Below, piece by piece: positions 15,541 through 30,560 of a stretch of DNA of 64,000 bases. The position numbers and the translations under genes were made by a program. Source of the stretch: the human T2T-CHM13v2.0 reference genome, Homo sapiens. Below the pieces are notes generated by a model that did not search any database, was not told the origin of the DNA, and saw nothing but the letters and a program-made list of their open reading frames with translations. The stretch spans positions 21,024,001 through 21,088,000 of the forward strand of contig CP068257.2 in the NCBI GenBank assembly GCA_009914755.4, in the 5' to 3' direction. Each line of letters opens with the position of its first letter. The stretch's first letter is position 1.

Positions 15541-18500
15541 TTAAAAAAAAATTCTCCATTTATTTAATGTGTTTAACCATTTATCTGGATTTTTGAAACT
15601 ATGCACTAAAATTATAATAATGTAATTCATGTAGTTGTATTCTAATTCTAGCATCTGTGTCATATGCAGTTTGGTTTCAACTGGATTATTTTTCTCTATA
15701 TTTTCCTTCTTTGATTGTCCAGATAGTGTTTCTTAGATGTCAGAGCTTGTGAATTTTGCCTTGTTACTTGCCCAATATATTTGTATTTCCATACATATTA
15801 AATTTTATTCATGGATACAATTAATTTATTTGGGAATAGTTTAATCCTTTGGGGCTTTGCCTTTAAGATTTGTTAGGTATAAACAGGGAAGTGTTTAATC
15901 TGTAGCATGTTATTACAAATACCTGAGGCAAGAACCTTCCGAGTACTGTAACCATACTCTGTGAATTACAGTGTTTTTCAGCTGGTTGATGTAAATAGGA
16001 TATTTCCATCCATATATGAGCATCTGATCCTGTTTTTTCTCCTCTTTTCACCTGCTTCTTTCCTCTGGTATTTTCTTTAAGCACATGTGCCAATCAGTAC
16101 TCTACTGAACACTAAAGGAAAACTCTGTGGTCTTCTTGAGTTTTTTAGCCGTACAGGTCTTTCCTCTCTACTATTCTGTCTTTGGAACTCTTGGTGAGTA
16201 GGATTGCCTAACTCTCAGCTCTGCCTTCACAGTTCAGGGCTTATCTGGGGTCTGCCTGATTTTCCCCCTCCATGAACTACAAAGTGGAAACCCTTTCCAG
16301 GTGGTTAAATGAAATAATTTAGGGTTCAACTTGTTCATTTCTACCTCTCAAATATCGCACCTGTTGTTTAAATGTCCAAAACTATTATTTTATGTATTTT
16401 CTCAGTTTATTTTGTTTTTGTTTTCCATCTGGGAAAGTAAATTGGGTGGCCTCCTTCTTATCTTAGCCAAAGGTGGAAATTCCTATGACATTGTGTCTTG
16501 ACACTAAAAACAAAATTGTGAATTAGTAGTAGAGAATCTTCTAACTAATATGAGATAACATACTGCTGACCTGAGTTGTATTGTGAGAACAGATGTGTAA
16601 GAATAGGAAATCTCTTTGATCATGTTTGGATTGTAGGTAGAAAACTTAGATCAAGTGAAATTGTTAAATATGCGATGGAGCCTGATATTCACCATAGCAC
16701 ACAATAAAGATGAAACAAGTTTGTAAAAATGTGAAACACTTCAGTCCAGTTGGCAAATAGCTGCTTCATCAATCTTCCCCCAAATCTCCAGCTGACCTAG
16801 CTACTGAGCCTCTCTCCCCTTACCTCCCCAACTTCAGATTCTAACAAGGTTAACCTTGCATAACAGGTATTCCAGGAAGCTGCTTTTTCTCTCTGCCTGG
16901 GACCAGGAACCTTTCCAAATTATGATGATTGTACCATACTTAATGTTAAATAGTTTCCTATGGCCCCCATGATGATGCTTTTTGTGTTATTTTATTCTCA
17001 AACTCCTGGAGTAACTCTTTATTTAAATACTTCTTTAATACTTTAAATAAAGTAGTATTTAAATAAAGACAGTTTATCTGAATTCTTCATTTAAATACTT
17101 CTTTCTTTAGAAAACCAAGCATTTCTAATAAGCCTTTCTATTGAGTTTAACTGTCCTCCAGATTTTACTATTTAGCCTGTTTCCTGAGTCCTGTGTTGTG
17201 GTGACACGTTCAATTGTTCATGAAATCCAGCCTGACTGAAAATGCAATCTGTTTTCTCAGTTAGAAAACTATAAAGAACAAGAGATCCCATGTTAATAGT
17301 GTAGGGTCAAACTTTAACATGATGAATAAAGTTAGGGAAATAAATAGTAAACCAGTTAAAATTCATTTTGGAGCTCTATTATTTTCACTTCTTCATTTGT
17401 TTTTCTACTTTTCTCTAACTTTTCTGTCCCTTTATTTCCCATTTTAAGAAAGATAAGTTTCAGATATTTTTATTCACTTACTAAATATTACTGTGCTGGC
17501 AGCAGCTTAATATTACATGTCTTTAAGAAATAGTTGCATTTTAATAGTAGTTCTTAGAAATCAGAAATTTTATTGGGCCCATATAAATTAATTGAAAGTT
17601 GCATTCCAAGAACAGTGAGAAACAATGAGCAAGGTGTTTAAAAACTCATTCTTGGACATATATCTTAAATTATTTTACTTAGATGCAGAAAAAGAATTCC
17701 ACTTAATTCCAGGGAAGTATACAGCACTAGAAATCTCTTTCTGGAAGACAAAATTCAATCTATGAGGTTATTGCATGTTATTAATAAACATAAATCTCTA
17801 TATAACACAGATATCCAAAAGCATTAAAACTTCATGAAGCTTAATCACAACTGTGATAATGTTACTTAAAGTGTTATATTTATTTTATCAATATATCCAA
17901 ATATACTGTATATTTGATTTTTTGTTTATTTTGCTTTTGTTTTACAGTTTGGAATTACCATTGAAGTTTACCTGATGGGTTTGTTTTTCTCAAATTACAA
18001 CATGTCAAATTGCTTTTACTATTATCAATTAATTAATAAATCAATACTTTGCATGAGAAGAAATAACTGAATAAGAAGATATTCAAAAGCCACTATAAGT
18101 TACGTCAACATTTTTCATGTTTTCAGTTAATTTAATTTTGACCTTCAAATTGCAAGGAAAATTCCACTGAAGTTTTGAAATTTGAAATTAAACTAGTAAA
18201 ACCCAGCATATTTTGCATTTGTTGGATTCTTAAAACTATGTGTCCTTTGAAAGTGTAAATTCAACACAGCGTTTGAAGTTTCAGACATTTTTGTAGTCAT
18301 TTCAAACATATTGTCGACCATATAAAAGGTTATGCTTTGCCCTTAGTCCATGCACAGAGAATTCTGATTGATGTCAATGGGAGCCATGTGCAAAGTTTGC
18401 GGGCACTGTAGTTTGAAACTTTATGGTGTTTTCAGAATATCTTTGAAGTCTAGTTTCTGTGAAAAATATAAAGTTTAAAGAGTAGCTCTTCAGGGCTTAT

Positions 18501-19425
18501 TCTTATCCACAGAGAACATGTTTAGATTGCCTGTTTTAAATGCCGAGCTAAGCTGAAATTTCAAAAATCTAGTATGCGTTTGGAGTGGTTGATTACAAGA
18601 GAATTATTCAATTGAGTTCAATTGCTAGACTTGGAGACAATGGTGGCAAATCTATGTTGGTAATCTATCTTTTTATACATTTGATTCTGCTACAATAGTG
18701 AAAGGTATAAATTGCTGTTCAATTTAATGCTAAAATTAACTATATTGCTACCATTAATTTTTTATTTAAGTATCTTCAACAAAGCAAGTAGAATCACTTT
18801 TGCATTGACAAATTCAATAGCGTTTGATTTTTGCATTATTACTGAGGAAAGATATTAATTGGTAACAATGCTCTATTATTAATTAAAGTTTATTTTTGCA
18901 AATATGTTCCAATGAAAAGTATTTAAGGCTAAGTTAAGGAAGGATAATTTAAACCAATTTCCTAAAATTCATAATATTTTCTTAGGCTTGCAGACTGTGG
19001 AATAAAATGCATATTATATAGAAAAAATTTTATCAGAAAGAAATTATTATGTTATAAAAGTTATTCAACATATTTTTCTATTTAAAGACACAACTGTCAT
19101 TTTCAAAATCAAATTCACTAAAAGGTATTATGTTTTCTAAAGACCACGGTTTCCATTTTGCAGTATAATTAATTTGTGCTTAAAATTAATGAAATCTGTG
19201 AGTTTTTTCTAAAGCATTCTTTATAGTTCTGGTACCTAAGAATAATTTGCACAATGCAGGCTTAATGTCCTTGATAGGTCATCCTACATGAGCCTAATAA
19301 TCCATCTCACTGTAACTGGAAGAAAGTGCTAAAGCAACACTCAAGAAAAGAGATTCATTTGGATGAAAACGAAAGCACAGGAAATAAACATTCAGCTAGG
19401 AAATAAACATCATGGTGGGGTTTTA

Positions 19426-20896
<1,471 letters not shown>

Positions 20897-21097
20897 GATT
20901 TGACTAGAATTCCCTTTTAAGACAACTTAACAACATAAAACAGGGAGAAGTTTAAAAAATAAAAATACAATAAAGATATATTTGGGTTACTTTTCACTGT
21001 TGTATACCATAGAAAATCAGATTTTCTGCTGTCTCAACAATACTTTCAATCGGTTATTGATAACTGAGTAAATAATTGCTGTACAAGACTGTCGATC

Positions 21098-21222
21098 TCA
21101 GGCTGGGCATGGTGGCTTATGGCTGTAATCCAGCACTTTGTTAGGCCAAGGTGGGAGCATCACTGAGGCCAAGAGTTCAAGACCAGCCTGGGCAATATAG
21201 CAAGATCCTCTATATTAAAAGA
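21098..21222 (+). mobile_element. Free Alu monomer-like fragment (FLAM-like)
   Basis: caggctgggcatggtggcttatggctgtaatccagcactttg...gagttcaagaccagcctgggcaatatagcaag. Confidence 0.6.
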
Positions 21223-21900
21223 TCACAAATCTTTATTTTCTTCAATGCAGACTCTCTACTGCAGACTCTCTACGTAGCCATTTGTACACCACGTATTTCC
21301 AGATAATCAGTCTGTCTTCACTCCCATTATCCAATTACTTCCATAGTATACATTTCCAGGGGAGATAGTTTCCTCAACTCATGAGAATTTTGAATTATAT
21401 CAACTCCTAAGACCATGAGAATCTATTCTCCCACAGTAACTCCTCATAAAGGTATTCTTTTATATCCCCTTTTTCGAGATACCAATGAACGTATCTTCAA
21501 TTTCGTGTATTTTTTTTCTTTAAATCATTTAGAGCCATTGACTTCAAGCTACCTTTTTTTTCTGCTCTATAAACATTATCAGAATCAAGAAAGTACAACA
21601 TCCTGGCTATATTCTTATAATTTAAGGAGTACTGGGAAAAACAGAGAGAATAACAAACATTTTTGTCTCAAATAATCCGTACAAAGAAAAGCAAAGTGAT
21701 GGATCCAATTCAGATACAGAGAAAAAGCTAACCCTTTGAATTAAAAAATTTCCAGTCTCATGTTTTGTTAATAACAAGAGTTACATCAGAAAGTGAAAAG
21801 TGAATTTGAGAATAAAATTTGAAAGCACTACACATAAAAATTAGGTACCAGTGAAAACAGTAGTGAACAACTATTGTGATGTACTATTATTTCATCACAT

Positions 21901-22185
21901 TTTTTTTTTTGAGACAGGGTCTCACTCTGTGGCCTAGGCTGGAGTGCAATGGTGTAATCATGGCTCACTGCAGCCTCAACTTCCTAGACTCAAGGTGATT
22001 CTCCCAGCTCACTCTCCCAAGTAGCTGGGACCACAAGCACATGCCCACCTAATTTTTTGTATTTTAATAGACACAGGGTTTTGCCATGTTGCCCAGGCTG
22101 GTTTTGAACTCCTGGACTCAAGCAATCTGTCCCCCTCGGCCTCCCAAAATGCCAGGATTACAGATAAGAGCCACCACTCCAGGCC
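21901..22185 (-). mobile_element. Alu SINE
   Basis: Poly-T then gagacagggtctcactctgtggcctaggctggagtgcaatgg...gagccaccactccaggcc. TSD tcatcacat(tttt) on both flanks. Confidence 0.9.
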
Positions 22186-22369
22186 TCATCACATTTTTAA
22201 TTGCGTACACAGTAGTGATACTCCCTCACCCTCAATTCTGTTTTTTTTCATTTTTATAAAATACGCAACTACACACACCAGAGACTATCTTAACAAACAC
22301 ATTTCTGGCCTGTGTTGTCACATAGAGTAAGTGCAATAGTTTGAATGTCATCACCAAAATTCTTGTTGA

Positions 22370-22690
22370 AATTAATTGTCAATGCAACAGTATTGGGAGG
22401 TAGGGCCTTTATGAGGTGATTAATGATTTATGCCATGAACGCATTAATTATCACTAGAGTAGGTCAGTTATTGTGAGATTGGGTTAGTTATAAAAATGTG
22501 TTCCATCTGATTTTTTTTCTTTCCATCTCACATGCTCACTTCTGCCTTCTACTCTTCTCCCGTAAGATAACCTTGCCTGATATCATTGCCATCTCTTTAA
22601 CTTCCAGTCTCTAGAACCATGAGCTGAATAAACTTCTTCTTCATTAAATAAATTACTCAGTCTTTGGTATTCTGTCATAGCAACAGAAAA
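22370..22690 (+). mobile_element. MaLR-type LTR fragment (MLT1-like 3' portion)
   Basis: 3' terminus pattern shared by MaLR LTRs: ...gagctgaataaacttcttcttcattaaataaattactcagtctttggtattctgtcatagcaacagaaaacaaactag. Confidence 0.45.
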
Positions 22691-23884
22691 CAAACTAGTA
22701 TATTAAGAATACCATGAATGGTAGCATAATCTGGATCAATATTATCCAAAGTAAGTAAGGTCAAGTCAGGTTAAAAGTACCATAGGACTGTGGAAATAAA
22801 CAAAGACCAACCAAATGACAATAAGTAAAGACTATGTATTTGAATCTTGCCGTACAAAGTGAGTCAGCCACAGCCACTTGCATTTTGGTAAAGACTCAAC
22901 ATCAAGCAGAGGAATGGCAAAGCTTCATAGTGGAAACATGAAGGCCTTCCCTGATTGGAGACTATTAGCATGAAAGAGCTGTGAGTGGGGTAATTAGAAG
23001 CCAGACATTATTTGTGATTGATTAGGGGTACATAGTTGCCTTTCCCTATCTCTCAAGTTGCTTTGGTCATACATTGAAAATGGGGACAAAAATTTAGAAA
23101 ATTGTCAAGTCCTGGCCATTTTGGGTACAGAAGTTATGGTTTAGCTTTCTGGACCAGTAACTAGAGATAACAGTAAGACTACAGTTCTGATTTATAGATA
23201 GCAGACCATCTTCCTGGGTTGCTTTCTGTAGACAATGGGTTGGTCCCTTGGGCAGATTCCTGCCCAGATTGTGGACCAGAGTTAGTTCTATTTTTAAATA
23301 TGGTGCCTAGCCATTGTCTGTTTCTATATCCACTCTCCCTAGATATTGACATTAGTGGTTCTGTCTTGTGCTTTCCTGGTTCTATAATGCTTACAATAAA
23401 ACATTGTGTTTTTAAAGAGAGAGAAAGCTTGTCACTCATTCATTCTGCCAGTATATTTGAGGAAGTATTATTTTCTATACAAAAATCTAGGTTTCTGTTA
23501 CAAACATTACTAAGAGAGTCAACCTAGCCTCTTGACTAAGTACATGGTTCCAGGTCCAGATTGTCACTCCCTGAGTGATCTTCAAAAATTCATGTAACAT
23601 CCAGTCCCACAGGTTTTTCATTGAATAAATGGGGTGATCAGTAGCTACTTCACAGTGTTGTCAAGAAGTAAACAAATTAATACCTCAAAGCCTTCAGAAT
23701 GTTGTACAGCACATTAGAAGTGCTCTTATTATTTAGAAAAGATGGTGTATAGCTTAGAGGAATGGATCCTAGAATGGGAGTAAAGAACTTTTTGCCACAG
23801 TAACCATAACTTTGTCCCTCTGAAAAAAAATGACAATGATCACAGGATTGGCTTCATAATAAATATAAAAATCTATAGTTTCTC

Positions 23885-24180
23885 AGGGGCATACATGTAA
23901 TACCAGCATTGTGGGAGGCTGAGGCAGGCAGATTCTTGAGCCAAGGAGTTTGAGACAAGCCTGGGCAACATGGCAAAACCTTGTCTCCACAAAAAAGTAC
24001 AAAAATTGGCCAGGTGTGGTGGTACATGCCCGTAGTCTCACCTATTTGGGATGCTGAGGTGGGAAGATCACTTGAACCTGGGAGGTTGAGGCTTCAGTGA
24101 GCTGTAATCACACCACTGTACTCCAGTCTGGGCAACAGAGCTAGACTTTGTCTAAGAATAATAAAAGATAAAATAAAATT
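23885..24180 (+). mobile_element. Alu SINE (older, AluJ-like)
   Basis: Diverged Alu dimer ...gcattgtgggaggctgaggcaggcagattcttgagccaaggagtttgagacaagcctgggcaacatggcaaaacc... Confidence 0.85.
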
Positions 24181-24769
24181 TCTCAGGGAGTGTGTGGGAG
24201 GGAGGGGAGGGATGAAAAATTACTTATTTTATACAATGTACACCATTCAGATGATGGGTACTCTGAAAGTCCAGACTTTATCACTATACAATTAATCCAT
24301 TTAAGCAAAAACCAGTTGTACCTCTAAAGCTATTGAAGTAAAAAAAAAAAAGTTTGAAGTTTCTTATAACTATAGCATTTCAAAGTTCTGACTTTGTGTT
24401 CATATATCTAACTTTGCTATCAGAAATCTAGACCAAAGAAATGGAATCTTTAGCACAGATAAATAGATGTAGTTATGTATGAATAAATATAAATCTTCTT
24501 TGAGATTGAGCATGAACAATTTCTAAGAACAACAGAACAAGTTTTAGATATATTTTCTGGTAATGCTCTTGGGTTGTGTTATTTGGTTTCAATTGCTCTA
24601 ACCACCATGACTCAGACCAGATGCTCTTAATCCTGTCTGAGATCCCAAACTTAAAAATAAATTTGGCAGCTAAAATTCTCTCTGAGTTTTCAGTAGTTGT
24701 TGGCTTTATTTTTTAGTTCAGTAATAAGCCAAAAAGAAAAATGAAGATGTAATAAATCTAGGGAAATTC

Positions 24770-27700
24770 ACCTCTAAAAGGGCACCAACTGAGTACAGGC
24801 AGTTTACTGAAAAATTTTAAATTAACAATATACACAATAAATACATAAAAATGGACAAGTATAAGAGTATCTACTATATTTCCAATGAAAGCAGAGCATA
24901 ACTGCTTCCACTTATAAGTGAGAACATGTGTTGTTTGGTTTTCTGTTCCTGCATTAGTTTGCTGAGGATAATGGCTTCCAGCTTCATCCATGTCCCTGCA
25001 AGGGACATGATCTCATTTTTTATGGCTGCATAGTATTCCATAGTGTATATGTACCACATTTTCTTCATCAAGTCTATCATTAATGGATGTTTGGGCTTAT
25101 TCTGTCTTTGCTATTGTGAGTATTGCTGCAGTGAACACGTGTGCATGTATCTCTGTAATAGAATGATTTACATTCCTTTGGGTATACACTCAGTAATGGG
25201 ATTGCTGGGTCAAATTGTATTTCTGGTTCTACATCTTTGAGGAATCACCACACCATCTTCCACAATAATTAAACTAATTTACATTCCCACCAAAAGTGTA
25301 AAAGCATTCCTATTTTATGCAACGTCACCAGCATCTGTTGTTTCTTGACTTTTTAAAAATTGCCATTCTGACTGGCGTGAGATGGTATCTCATTGCGGTT
25401 TTGAATTGTGTTTCTCTAATAATCAGTGATGATTGGCTTTTTTTCGTATGTTTGTTGGCTGAATGAATGTCTTCTTTCAAGAAGTGTCTGTTCATGTCAT
25501 TTGCCCACTTTTTGATGCACTTGTTTGTTCAGATGGTTGTAGATGTTTGGTCTTATTTCTAAATTCTCTATTCTGTTCCATTGGTCTATGTGTCTGTTTT
25601 TGTACAAGTACCATGTTCTTTTGTTTACTGTAGCTTTGTAGTATAGTTTGAAGTCAGGTAGTGTGATGTCTCCCAGTTTGTTCTTTTTGCTTAGGATTAT
25701 CTTGGCTATATTAACTCTTTTTTGTTCCATAATGATTTTAAAATCGTTTCTTCTATTTCTGTGTAGAATGTCAATGCAATTTAAGGAGACTATAATTGAA
25801 TCTGTAAATTACTTTGGGCAGTATAGCCATTTTCACAATATTGATTATTCATATCTGTGAACATGGAATGTTTTTCCATTTGTTTGTGTCCTCTCTGATT
25901 TCCTTGAGCAGTGGTTTGTAGGTCTACTTAAAGAGATCTTTTACTTCCCTTGTTAGTTGTATTCCTAGGTATTTTATTCTCTTTGTAGACGTTGTGAATG
26001 GCAGTCTACATGAATGTTAATTCATGATTTGGATCTCTGCTTCTCTGTTGTTGCTGTATAGGATTGCTTGTGACTTTTGCACATTGATTTTGTATCCTGA
26101 GACTTTGCTGAAGTTGCTTATCAACTTCAGAAGCCTTTGTGCTGGGATGATGGGGTTTTCTAGATACAAGATCGTATCATCTGCAAACAAAGACAATTTG
26201 ACTTCCTCTCTTCCTATTTGAATACTCTTTCTTTCTTTCTCTTGCCTTATTGCCCTGGCTAGAACTTCCAATATGATGTTGAATAGGAGTGGTGAGAGAG
26301 GGCATTCTTGTCTTGTGTGAGTTTTCAAGGGGAATACTTCCAGTTTTTGCCCATTCAGTATGATATTGGCTGTGGGTTTGTCATATATGGCTCTTATTAT
26401 TTTGAGGTATGTTCCTTCAATACCTAGTTTATTGAGAGTTTTTAACATGAAGGGATGTTGAATTTTATTGAAGGCCTTTTCTGCATCTATTGAGAAAATT
26501 CTGTGGTTTTTGTCATTGGTTCTGTTTATGTGATGGATTACATTTATTGACTTGCATATATTGAACCAGCCTTGCATCCCAGGGATGAAGCCAACTTGAT
26601 TGTGGTGGATAAGCTTTTTGATGTGCTGCTGGATTTGGTTTGCCAATATTTTATTGAGGATTTTTGCATTGATGTTCATCAGGGATATTGGCCTGAAATT
26701 TTCTTTGTTTGTTATATTTCTGCCAGGCTTTTGTATCAGGATGATGTTGGCCTCATGAAATGAGTTAGGAAGGAGGTCCTCCTTTCTAATTGTTTTGAAT
26801 AGTTTCAGAAGAAAGGGTATCAGCTCCACTTCATATCTCTGGTAGAATTCAGCTGTAAATCCATCTGGTCCTGGGCTTTCTTTGGTTGGTAGGCTATTTA
26901 TTACTGTATCAATTTCAGAACTTGTTATTGGTCTATTCAGGGATTCAACTTCTACCTGGTTCAGTCTTGGGAGGGTATATGTGTCCAGGAATTTATCCAT
27001 TTCTTCCAGATTTTCTCATTTATTTGCATACAGGTGTTTACAGTATTCTCTGATGGTTTTTTATATTTCTTTGGGGTCAGTGATGATGTCCCCTTTATTA
27101 TTTTTCATTGTGTCTATTTGATTCTTCTCTCTTTTCTTCTTTATTAGTCTAGCTAGCAGTCTATCTATTTTATTAATTTTTTCAAAAGAAAAAAGCTCCT
27201 GGATTTATTAATTTTTGAAGGGCTTTTTGTGTCTCTATCTCCTCTAGTTCTGCTCTGAGCCTGGTTACTTCTTGTCTTCTGCTAGGTTTGGAGTTTGTTT
27301 GCTCTTGGTTCTCAAGTTCCTTCAGTTTCGATGTTAGGATGTTGACTTGAGATCTTTCTATCTTTTTTTGATGTGGGCATTTAGTGCTATAAATTTCCCC
27401 TTAACACTGCTTTAGCTGCGTCCCAGAGATTCTGGTATGTTGTGTGGCATTTTCTTGATTTCTGCCTTAATTTCATTATTGACCTGAGTCATCCAGGAGC
27501 AGGTTGTTTAATTTCCATGTAGTTGTGTGGTTTTCAGTGAGCTTTTGAGTTCTAATTTGATTGTATTGTGTCTTAGAGACTGTGTGTTATGATTTCAGTT
27601 CTTTTGCATTTGCTGAGAAATTTACTTCCAATTATATGATCAATTTCAGAGTAAATGCCATGTTCTGCTGAGAAGAATGTATATTATGTTGTTTTGTGGT

Positions 27701-28860
27701 GGAGAATTCTGTAGGTATATATCAGGTCCACTTGATCCAGGGCTGAGTTTAAGTCCTGAATGTATTTGTTAACTTTCTGTCTTGATGATCTGTCTAATAT
27801 TGACAGTGTGGTGTGTTAAAGTCTCCCACTACTATTGTGTGGAGTCTAAGACTCTTCGTAGGTCTCTATGAACTTGTTTCATGAATCTGGGTGCTCCTGT
27901 ATTGGGTGCATATATGTTTAGGATAGCTCTCCTGGTTTAATTGACCTCATTACCATTATGTAATGCTCATCTTTGTCTTTTTTGATCTTTGTTGGTTTAA
28001 AGCCTGTTTTGTCAGAAACTAGGATTGCAACTCCTATCTTTTTTCTGTTTTCCATTTGTTTGGTAAATTTTCCCCCATCCCTTTATTTTGAGTCTATATG
28101 TGTCTTTGCATTTGAGATAGGTCTCTTGAATACAGCACACTGATGGATCTTGACTTTTTATCCAGCTTGCCATCTGCACCTTTTAATTGGGGCATTTAGC
28201 TCCTTTACATTAAAAGGTTAATATTGTTATGTGTTAATTTGATTCTGTCATCAGGATGCTAGCTGGTTATTTTGCAAACTTGTTCACATACTTGCTTCAT
28301 AGCGCTATTGGTCTGTGTACTTCATTGTGTTTTTGCAGTGGCTGATAATGTTATTTTCCTTTCCATATTTAGTGCTTCCTTCAGGAACTCTTGCAAGACA
28401 GGCCTGGTGGTGACAAATTCTTTCAAAATTTGCTTGTCTGAAAAAGATCTTATTTCTCCTTCTCTTATGAAGCTCAGTTTGGCCAGATATGAAATTCTAG
28501 GTTGGAAATTATTTTATTTATGAATATTGAATATTGGACCCTAATTTCTTCTGGCTTGTAGGGTTTCCTCTGAGAGGTCTGCTGTAAGTCTGATGGGCTT
28601 CCCCTTATAGGTGACCTGGCTTTTCTCTCTGGCTGCCCTTAACATATTTTCCTTCATTTCAACCTTGGAGAATCTGACAGTTATGTGTATTGGGGTTGAT
28701 CTTCTGGTGGAGGATCTTATTGGGGGTTCTCTGGATTTCCTGAATTTGAATGCTGGCCTGTCTTGACAGGTTGGGGAAGTCCTCCTGGATGATATCTTGA
28801 AGTGTGTTTTCCAACTTGGTTCTGTTCTCCCCACCTCAATCTTTATTAGAAAAAAATTAT
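24770..28860 (-). mobile_element. L1 LINE (intermediate-age L1PA/L1PB-like), 5'-truncated within ORF1, about 4 kb
   Basis: Reverse-strand L1: ORF2 3' region (ccacttataagtgagaacatgtg...atggctgcatagtattccatagtgtatatgtaccacattttcttcatc), then the RT and endonuclease regions. ORF1 C-terminus is readable in ORF 28541-28870 (-) as ...VTYKGKPIRLTADLSEETLQARR. The low-coordinate end (24770-24890) is uncertain. Confidence 0.85.
26017..27000 (-). pseudogene. L1 ORF2 reverse-transcriptase fragment (327-aa open frame, non-functional remnant)
   Basis: Translation contains RT motifs ([36 protein letters not shown]) typical of L1 ORF2p. It sits inside a truncated L1. Confidence 0.8.
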
Positions 28861-30560
28861 GGATACACAACAGATGTATACATTTTTGGAGTACACGTGA
28901 ACGGTTTATACAAGCTTACAATGTGTAATGATCAAATCTGAGTAATTAGGATATCATTAACTTCAAACATTTATTATTTCTTTTTGTTCGGAACCTCCAA
29001 ATCATCTCTTCTTGCTATTTTGAAATATATAGTAAATTATTGTGTACTATGGTGGCCTTATTGTGCTATCAAACTTTATATCTTATTCCTTCTATCTAAC
29101 TGTATTTTTAACCAATTAACCAGCTCCTCTCCATTTTCTTCCCCACACTACCCATTCTGGCCTCTGGTAATGACCATTCTATCCACTACCTCCATGAGAT
29201 TTTTTTTTTTTTTTTTAGTTCTCACATATGAGCGAGAACATGAGATCCATACTTGGCTTATTTAACTTTACATAATATCTTTCAATATCATCTATGTTGC
29301 TTCAGATGATAGACTTTTATCCTTTTATGGCTGAATAATATTTGATTGTATGTATATGCCACGTATTCTTTATCCATTCATCTACTGGTGGACACTTAGG
29401 TTGTTACCATATCTTGGCTATTTTGAACAGTGCTATAATAAATATGGGAATGCAGATATCACCTTGTTATACAAATTTTATTTCTGTTTGATGCATACCC
29501 AGCAGTGAGCTTGCTGGACCATACAGTAGTTCTCTTTTTAGTTCTTTTGAGAAACCTCTATGTTTTTCATAGTGACTATACTAATTTTCATTTTCACTAA
29601 CAGCATACAAGTGTTCCCCCTTCTCCACACTCTCACCAGCATTTATTATTATTTGCCTTTTTGATGGTAGCCATTTTAAATGGAGTGATACGATATGTCA
29701 CTGTAGTTTTGATTTGCATTTTTCTGATGATTAATGATATTGGACAATTTTCAGATATCTGTTGGCCATTTGTGTGTAAACTTTTAAAATGTCTATTTAG
29801 ATCTTTTGCTCATTTTTAAATTGGACTATCTGTATTTTTGCTATTGAGTTGTTTGAGTTTGTCATGTACTCTGAGTATTAGCCTCTTGTGAGAAAAATAG
29901 TTTGCAAACAATTTCTTCCATTCTGTATGTTGTCTCTTCACCTTCTTGTTTGCTTTGCTGTGCAGAAGCTTTTTAGCTTGATGTAATATTGTCAATTTTT
30001 GCTTTGCTTGCCTGCACTTTTGAGGTTACGCTCAATAAATCTTCCCCTAATCAATGTCCTAAAGCATTTCTCCTGTGTTTTCTTCTAATAGTTTCACAGC
30101 TTCAGATTTTACATTTAAATCTTTAATCTATTTTGATTTAATTTTTATATACGGAGAGAGATAGGGGTCTTGTTTCATTCTTCTGGACATAATTATCCAG
30201 TTTTCCTAGGACCACTTATTGAAGAGACTCTTCTTTCCCCAAGATGTGTTCTTAGTGCCTTTGTTGAAAATGTGTTGACTGTAATGCATGGATTTATTTC
30301 TGGGCTCTCTACTTTGTTCCATTGGTCACTGTGTCTGTTTTTATGCAACTATTATGTTATTTGGATTACTATAGCTTTGTAGTGTAATTTGAAGTTAGAT
30401 AGTATGTGATGCCTCCAAGTTTGTTCTTTTTGGTCAGAATTGTGTTAGCTATTCGGAGCCTTTTAAGATTCCATATACATTCCAGGATTTTTTTTTTTCT
30501 GTGAAGAATATCATTGTTATGCTGATGGGGATTAGGCATTTTAAATGCATTTTTGACTTA
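28860..30560 (-). mobile_element. Older L1 (L1PB/L1MA-like) 3' portion abutting the younger L1
   Basis: Reverse complement of 28860-29000 matches old-L1 3' UTR (ggatatcctaattactcagatttgatcattacacattgtaagcttgtataaacc...). 29200-30560 carries L1 ORF2 C-terminal-like sequence (ctttatccattcatctactggtggacacttaggttgttac, ccattggtcactgtgtctgtttttatgcaac, ctttgtagtgtaatttgaagttagatagtatgtgatgcctcc). Confidence 0.75.

Noticed and set aside
26017-27000. 327-aa ORF that could be mistaken for a host reverse-transcriptase gene
   Set aside because: It is the ORF2 RT fragment of a 5'-truncated L1 with L1-typical motifs. It is annotated as a mobile-element pseudogene, not a gene.
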